From assembly GCA_030059675.1 (NCBI GenBank), contig JANVYQ010000003.1:1-64000 (forward strand): a DNA stretch of 64,000 nucleotides, written 5' to 3'. The translations under genes and the position numbers were made by a program. Below, piece after piece: positions 59,552-64,000 of the stretch (the first letter of the stretch is position 1; each line of letters starts with the position of its first letter). The stretch comes from Candidatus Pelearchaeum maunauluense (GTDB lineage Archaea > Thermoproteota > Nitrososphaeria_A > Caldarchaeales > Caldarchaeaceae). The notes under the pieces are model-generated. The model ran no database searches and was not told the DNA's origin. It saw only the letters and a list, made by a program, of their open reading frames with translations.

Positions 59552-62005
59552 GTGGCTCATGCAAACAATAAACCAAACCCACTTGTAGTCTGGCTTTTTA
59601 CAACAAACCATAAAAACGTGGGAATACTCTACCTAGTGACATCCCTCTACTTCCTTGTGGTTGCTGGTATTCTAGCTCTCACGTTTAGGATGCAGCTGAG
59701 CGCGCCCAACATGGTATTCCTCGCAGCAGACTCTTACAACCAAGCGGTTACGCTGCATGGTCTCTTCATGCTTCTCTGGGTAACCACGCCGCTGGCCGCT
59801 GCTTTTGCCAACTACGTGGTTCCAATCCAGATAGGCGCTAAGGATATGGCGTTCCCGCGCCTTAACGCGCTGAGCTACTGGCTCTACCTAGCAAGCGGCA
59901 TAGTTGCGCTAAGCAGCTTCTTCGCCCCAGGAGGCACGGCTGACTGGGGATGGACAACATACGCGCCTCTAAACACGCTACAGTATAGCCCGCAAGCAGG
60001 AGGCTCGCTAATGGGCCTAGCAATACTGCTCCTACTCAGCTCCACGATAGTAGCGACCTCAAACTTCATGGTAACAATATTCAGGCTACGCGCCCCTGGT
60101 ATGAAGCTCTCATACCTCCCACTATTCTCAATATTCTGGCTGGTAACCCAGTTCCTGCTACTATGGGCTTTCCCAGCCTTCGCCGCCCCCCTGCTCATGC
60201 TGGTCTCCGATAGGGTCCTTGGAACAGTATTCTTCACAGCAGCGGAAGGAGGAGCGCTACTCTGGGACCACCTACTATGGTTCTTCGGCCACCCAGAGGT
60301 TTACATACTCGTCCTACCAGGCCTGGCTATAGCTGGAGACGTCCTAGCAGTGTTTAGCCGAAGGCAGCTCTATGCCAAGAAAGTCATAATCATAGCAGTA
60401 AGCGTAGCCGCGTTCCTAAGCTACGTCGTATGGGTACATCACATGTTCATGACTGGCATACACCCAGGGCTAAGGGAGGTCTTCAACATAACGACAGAAC
60501 TAATCTCAATACCCTTCGGAGCTATAATGCTCTCATATATCCTAACCCTCTTTGGAGGCAGGATAAGGGCGACGACACCTTTCCTATTCGCTCTAGGCTC
60601 TGTGATACTCTTCATAATAGGTGGGGCCTCAGGCGTCTTCAACTCTTCGGTAGCCCTTGACGTGGGGATGAGAGGAACCTTCTGGGTGGTAGGGCACTTT
60701 CACTACACCATAGTGGGCGGCGGGATAACTGGCCTGATAGCTGGACTATACTACTGGTGGCCGAAGATGACTGGAAGAATGTTCAGCGAAAAACTGGGCA
60801 AACTACACTTCGCAATCTACATGATAGGCTTCAACCTACTCTACTTCCCGATGCACCTACTCTACGACATGCCGAGAAGAATATTCTTCTACGACGCCAC
60901 AACGGGCTGGGGCCCGATAAACATGCTCATAACCATGGGCTCCTGGATCTTCGCGTCATCATTCATAATACTGTTCATAAACCTCATCAACAGCCTTCGC
61001 CATGGCCCTAAGGTGGGCGACGACCCGTGGGGAGGTGCCAACTACTCGCTTGAGTGGAACGTTCCTTCTCCGCCTCCAGAGTTCAACTTCCCGAAAGGCG
61101 TTCCGGTGATAACCGCGCAGGGCCTTGAGTTTAGGCAGCCTTGGGAGATTAAGATGGGCATAACAACAACTGGCGGCCAGCAGCTATACGGCACCACAGC
61201 CCTCCCTACAAACGGCGGGAGCCATGTGGCTGAGCACGGCGAGGAGCATGGGCCGCATCTAAGCCCATGGCCCTTCATACTCTCAATAGGTGTTGCACTA
61301 ACCATGATCGGCCTGGTGTTTGGAGTGCCTCTACTGCTGCAGGGAGTGGTGATATTCATCGCCTCCATAGTGGGCTGGGCTTGGGAGGATGTTAAAGAGA
61401 AGTTCCACGTAGCTATTGAAGCGCTGGGCGAGAAGTGGCCATTTGACAGGGTTGAGAACGTGCCCCTAGGGATGTGGTTCTTCCTCTTCGGTGAGGTGGC
61501 GCTCTTCGGCCCGCTCTTCGCAGCCTACTTCTTCGTCCGCGCCAACAGCGCCTACACAGGCTTCGCGTGGCCTCTGCCAGGTCAGATACATAGCACAGTC
61601 ATGGGAGCAATCTCCACAATAATCCTACTAACAAGCGGCCTCGCAACATCACTGGCGCTAGTGGCGATAAAGAACAACAACCAGCGCGGCCTCAAGGCAG
61701 GGCTCCTCACAGCATTCATACTAGGCCTAGCCGTGCTGTTCATAGAGGGATTCCAGTGGGCTGAGCTCTTCGCAGAGGGCTACACGTTCGGAACAGACAT
61801 AGCGGCCAGCATCTACTACCTAATAACGGGCATCCACGGTGCGCATATACTGGCTGGCCTGCTGATAATAATCTACCTACTGGCAAAAGCCTACAAGGGA
61901 GGCTACAACGCGGAGAAGCACATGGGCGTATATGCATTCGCCATATACTGGGGCTTCGTGGTGGGCGTATGGCTATTCACGTTCCCACTATTCTACCTAA
62001 TATGA
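59552..62005 (+). CDS. coxA: A1-type heme-copper oxidase subunit I fused to subunit III
   Basis: TLHG, DMAFPRLN, WFFGHPEVY, WVHHMF, GHFHY, MPRR, then GMWFFLFGE..LF and TGIHGAH of subunit III. Confidence 0.95.
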   Translation: MAHANNKPNPLVVWLFTTNHKNVGILYLVTSLYFLVVAGILALTFRMQLSAPNMVFLAADSYNQAVTLHGLFMLLWVTTPLAAAFANYVVPIQIGAKDMAFPRLNALSYWLYLASGIVALSSFFAPGGTADWGWTTYAPLNTLQYSPQAGGSLMGLAILLLLSSTIVATSNFMVTIFRLRAPGMKLSYLPLFSIFWLVTQFLLLWAFPAFAAPLLMLVSDRVLGTVFFTAAEGGALLWDHLLWFFGHPEVYILVLPGLAIAGDVLAVFSRRQLYAKKVIIIAVSVAAFLSYVVWVHHMFMTGIHPGLREVFNITTELISIPFGAIMLSYILTLFGGRIRATTPFLFALGSVILFIIGGASGVFNSSVALDVGMRGTFWVVGHFHYTIVGGGITGLIAGLYYWWPKMTGRMFSEKLGKLHFAIYMIGFNLLYFPMHLLYDMPRRIFFYDATTGWGPINMLITMGSWIFASSFIILFINLINSLRHGPKVGDDPWGGANYSLEWNVPSPPPEFNFPKGVPVITAQGLEFRQPWEIKMGITTTGGQQLYGTTALPTNGGSHVAEHGEEHGPHLSPWPFILSIGVALTMIGLVFGVPLLLQGVVIFIASIVGWAWEDVKEKFHVAIEALGEKWPFDRVENVPLGMWFFLFGEVALFGPLFAAYFFVRANSAYTGFAWPLPGQIHSTVMGAISTIILLTSGLATSLALVAIKNNNQRGLKAGLLTAFILGLAVLFIEGFQWAELFAEGYTFGTDIAASIYYLITGIHGAHILAGLLIIIYLLAKAYKGGYNAEKHMGVYAFAIYWGFVVGVWLFTFPLFYLI

Positions 62006-62016
62006 GGTGGTGAAAG

Positions 62017-62310
62017 ATGCGAGAAGAATGGCAGCTTGTAGCGATTTACACAGTAATAATAGCGGCGCTGGTTGCTGAGGTCATAGTGGGCTCCAGCTGG
62101 ATGACGCTGGGGCAGACAGCCCTGATAGGTGTGCTGGTGATAGCAAAGCTACAGGCGGCTCTAGTCTTCACATTCTTCATGTTCGGCAAATACGGCACAC
62201 GCTCAGTGGCTTTAATAATGCTCATATCAGTAAGCACGCTGCTCCCACTATTCCTGGCATTCGCCTTCTCCATAGAGTTCCCACCACATGCGGTTGCTGG
62301 AGGACGCTGA
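62017..62310 (+). CDS. Heme-copper oxidase subunit IV-like small membrane protein
   Basis: 3 TM with Q.ALV..FFM..KY motif; located in the cox operon. Confidence 0.7.
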   Translation: MREEWQLVAIYTVIIAALVAEVIVGSSWMTLGQTALIGVLVIAKLQAALVFTFFMFGKYGTRSVALIMLISVSTLLPLFLAFAFSIEFPPHAVAGGR

Positions 62311-62321
62311 GGAGGTGATGC

Positions 62322-62786
62322 GTGTTGGCTGAGCAAGAGTCCCGCGCCCACATAAACGCTGCGATAATAGCGGGCGTCGTAGGCCTGGTGTGGCTGATTG
62401 GAATCTGGGTAGTCCTAGTCTTCCCGCCGCAGGTGGAGGCAGCCGCGCCAGGGGGAGAGCAGCAAATCCTCACAGGAACCTCGATAAACCTAGTCATGCA
62501 GGAATGGGGCTTCAACCAGAAGAGGGGAGCGCCGATAATAGAGATAAAAGCAGGAACCGAAGTAACCTTCACAGTCGTAAACCAGGGACGAAACCTCCAC
62601 TCATTCCAGATACTAACACCAGACGGAGAGCATGTAGCTGGCTGGACCAAGGACGAGGTTATAGATGTGGGAGAGACACGGACATTAACAGTAGTCATAG
62701 ACGAGCCAGGCGAGTATATCTACATATGCCCAGTAGAAGGGCATGAAGAAGAGGGCATGAAGGGAATCCTTAGAGTTGTCGGCTAG
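62322..62786 (+). CDS. Membrane-anchored cupredoxin (plastocyanin/azurin family)
   Basis: N.G..LHSF, PGEY.YICPVEGHEEEGMKG. Confidence 0.88.
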   Translation: MLAEQESRAHINAAIIAGVVGLVWLIGIWVVLVFPPQVEAAAPGGEQQILTGTSINLVMQEWGFNQKRGAPIIEIKAGTEVTFTVVNQGRNLHSFQILTPDGEHVAGWTKDEVIDVGETRTLTVVIDEPGEYIYICPVEGHEEEGMKGILRVVG

Positions 62787-62866
62787 AGAGGCCCAGTTTA
62801 AATCTCCCATTCCTATTTTCGTGATAGACTTTAACTATTATCATGTTGTTATATTTAGCCTGATAA

Positions 62867-63985
62867 GTGATGGAGAAGAATGCTGAAGCTGTCTCATGCG
62901 TTGAGGCTCGCTTACAAAACTATGACGCGCTGGCAATTCTAGGGCTCACCCGCAGGGAGGCAGAGCTTTATCTCTCCCTACTCCAGCTCGGCGAGGCTTC
63001 TGCCCACACGCTGATGAGGATACTCAACATCCAACAACCACACCTATATAGCCTCCTAACAAACCTCAAGAAAAAAGGCCTAATAGGATGGAAGCATGGT
63101 AGGCCAAAGATATACTTCGTGAAAAACCCAGCCCACGTCATGGAGGAGAAGATAGAATCCATAATGAGCTCGCTGGATAGTCTCAAAAATACCCTAAAAG
63201 AAATCTACACAAGCTCCCAGAAGTGTTGTGAGCATCCTGTCGTGGAGGTTGTTAGAGAGCCGCGGAACATCTTCAAACTAATCAAGAGCGTCATTAGTAA
63301 AACCTCGCATGAGCTCTGCATACTTATGAGCGGTAATTATATGGCGCGGCTTGTGGATGATGTTGTCGAAAAAGCGGGCTTAGGTGTTCGAGTCTATGCG
63401 CTAACCTTTCCAGATCTTCGGCAAGGGTTGATTAACGCCCTCATGGAGGGGGGCGTCCGCGAGCTACGGAGCACCGCCCTAGGAAGGTTTATGCTAGTCT
63501 CCTCAGACTGCTCCCAGACGATATACATCCCCAGGTCAACCATGAGCGGCGGAGAAAGACAGAAATACGCATACTTCTTCACAGGAATAGAGATGCCAGC
63601 CTTCTTCACCCACTGCTTCTACTCTGAGTGGTGTAAATCAAGTCAAGTATTCTCCCAAGCAATACCCTTAGAAAACAGACTCTTCTCCCATAGAATGTTC
63701 GTATATGAATTAACCAGCTTAAAGTCTATTGGTAGTCAGGAGATAGTTGTTCGTGTAACGGGCGTAGATACGCGGACGGGTAGGGGGCTTACTGTGAGGG
63801 GTAGAGTTGAGGATGTATTTACGGAGGACGCGAATACCGTTTATTTCACAATAAGGACATCAGAAGGAAAGCGTTATAGTGTCGGTGGGTATGATGCAAT
63901 AACCGAGGATATCGAGGCTGAGAATATAGTCATAGAATCCATAACGCCGTCACGCCAGTCATCAAAGCTCCTTGACATAGCTTAA
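62867..63985 (+). CDS. TrmB family sugar-sensing transcriptional regulator
   Basis: LGLTRREAELY..LL, LY..L..L.KKG.I, GRPK.Y, C-terminal VGGYDA..ED.EA. Confidence 0.85.
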   Translation: MMEKNAEAVSCVEARLQNYDALAILGLTRREAELYLSLLQLGEASAHTLMRILNIQQPHLYSLLTNLKKKGLIGWKHGRPKIYFVKNPAHVMEEKIESIMSSLDSLKNTLKEIYTSSQKCCEHPVVEVVREPRNIFKLIKSVISKTSHELCILMSGNYMARLVDDVVEKAGLGVRVYALTFPDLRQGLINALMEGGVRELRSTALGRFMLVSSDCSQTIYIPRSTMSGGERQKYAYFFTGIEMPAFFTHCFYSEWCKSSQVFSQAIPLENRLFSHRMFVYELTSLKSIGSQEIVVRVTGVDTRTGRGLTVRGRVEDVFTEDANTVYFTIRTSEGKRYSVGGYDAITEDIEAENIVIESITPSRQSSKLLDIA

Positions 63986-64000
63986 TATTCCTAACTACAA

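Overview
64-kb chromosomal segment of a thermophilic, probably aerobic heterotrophic archaeon. The gene content points to the TACK group, most likely Aigarchaeota/Caldarchaeales (inference): Rpo6, thermosome, PAC2, short XPF, tetraether synthase Tes, crenarchaeal-type arginine decarboxylase, an A1 heme-copper oxidase with fused subunits I+III, and an unlinked 23S rRNA. Non-coding features are three tRNAs (Asp-GTC, Ile2-CAT, intron-containing Glu-TTC), RNase P RNA and a stand-alone 23S rRNA gene. The 23S gene is enclosed by its own bulge-helix-bulge (BHB) processing stem and interrupted by two BHB introns, each carrying a decayed LAGLIDADG homing endonuclease. The left half is mostly housekeeping and metabolic genes (guaB-purA-purB, glcDF-like, acs, ino1). 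The 45-58 kb region is a decaying catabolic/transport island with nonsense, frameshift and deletion-fusion lesions. The most interesting observations are: (i) a window-wide local A/C-rich to G/T-rich skew switch at intergenic and AT-rich points, visible in synonymous codons; (ii) a small basic AT-hook protein that is a candidate chromatin protein; (iii) a 23S intron in the helix-35 loop; (iv) convergently oriented CoA-transferase alpha/beta genes; (v) apparent CTG/ACG start codons; (vi) a CdrS/aCcr1-like RHH gene, absent from the ORF track, with a palindromic box upstream. All calls come from reading the sequence and recalling motifs; no database searches were run.
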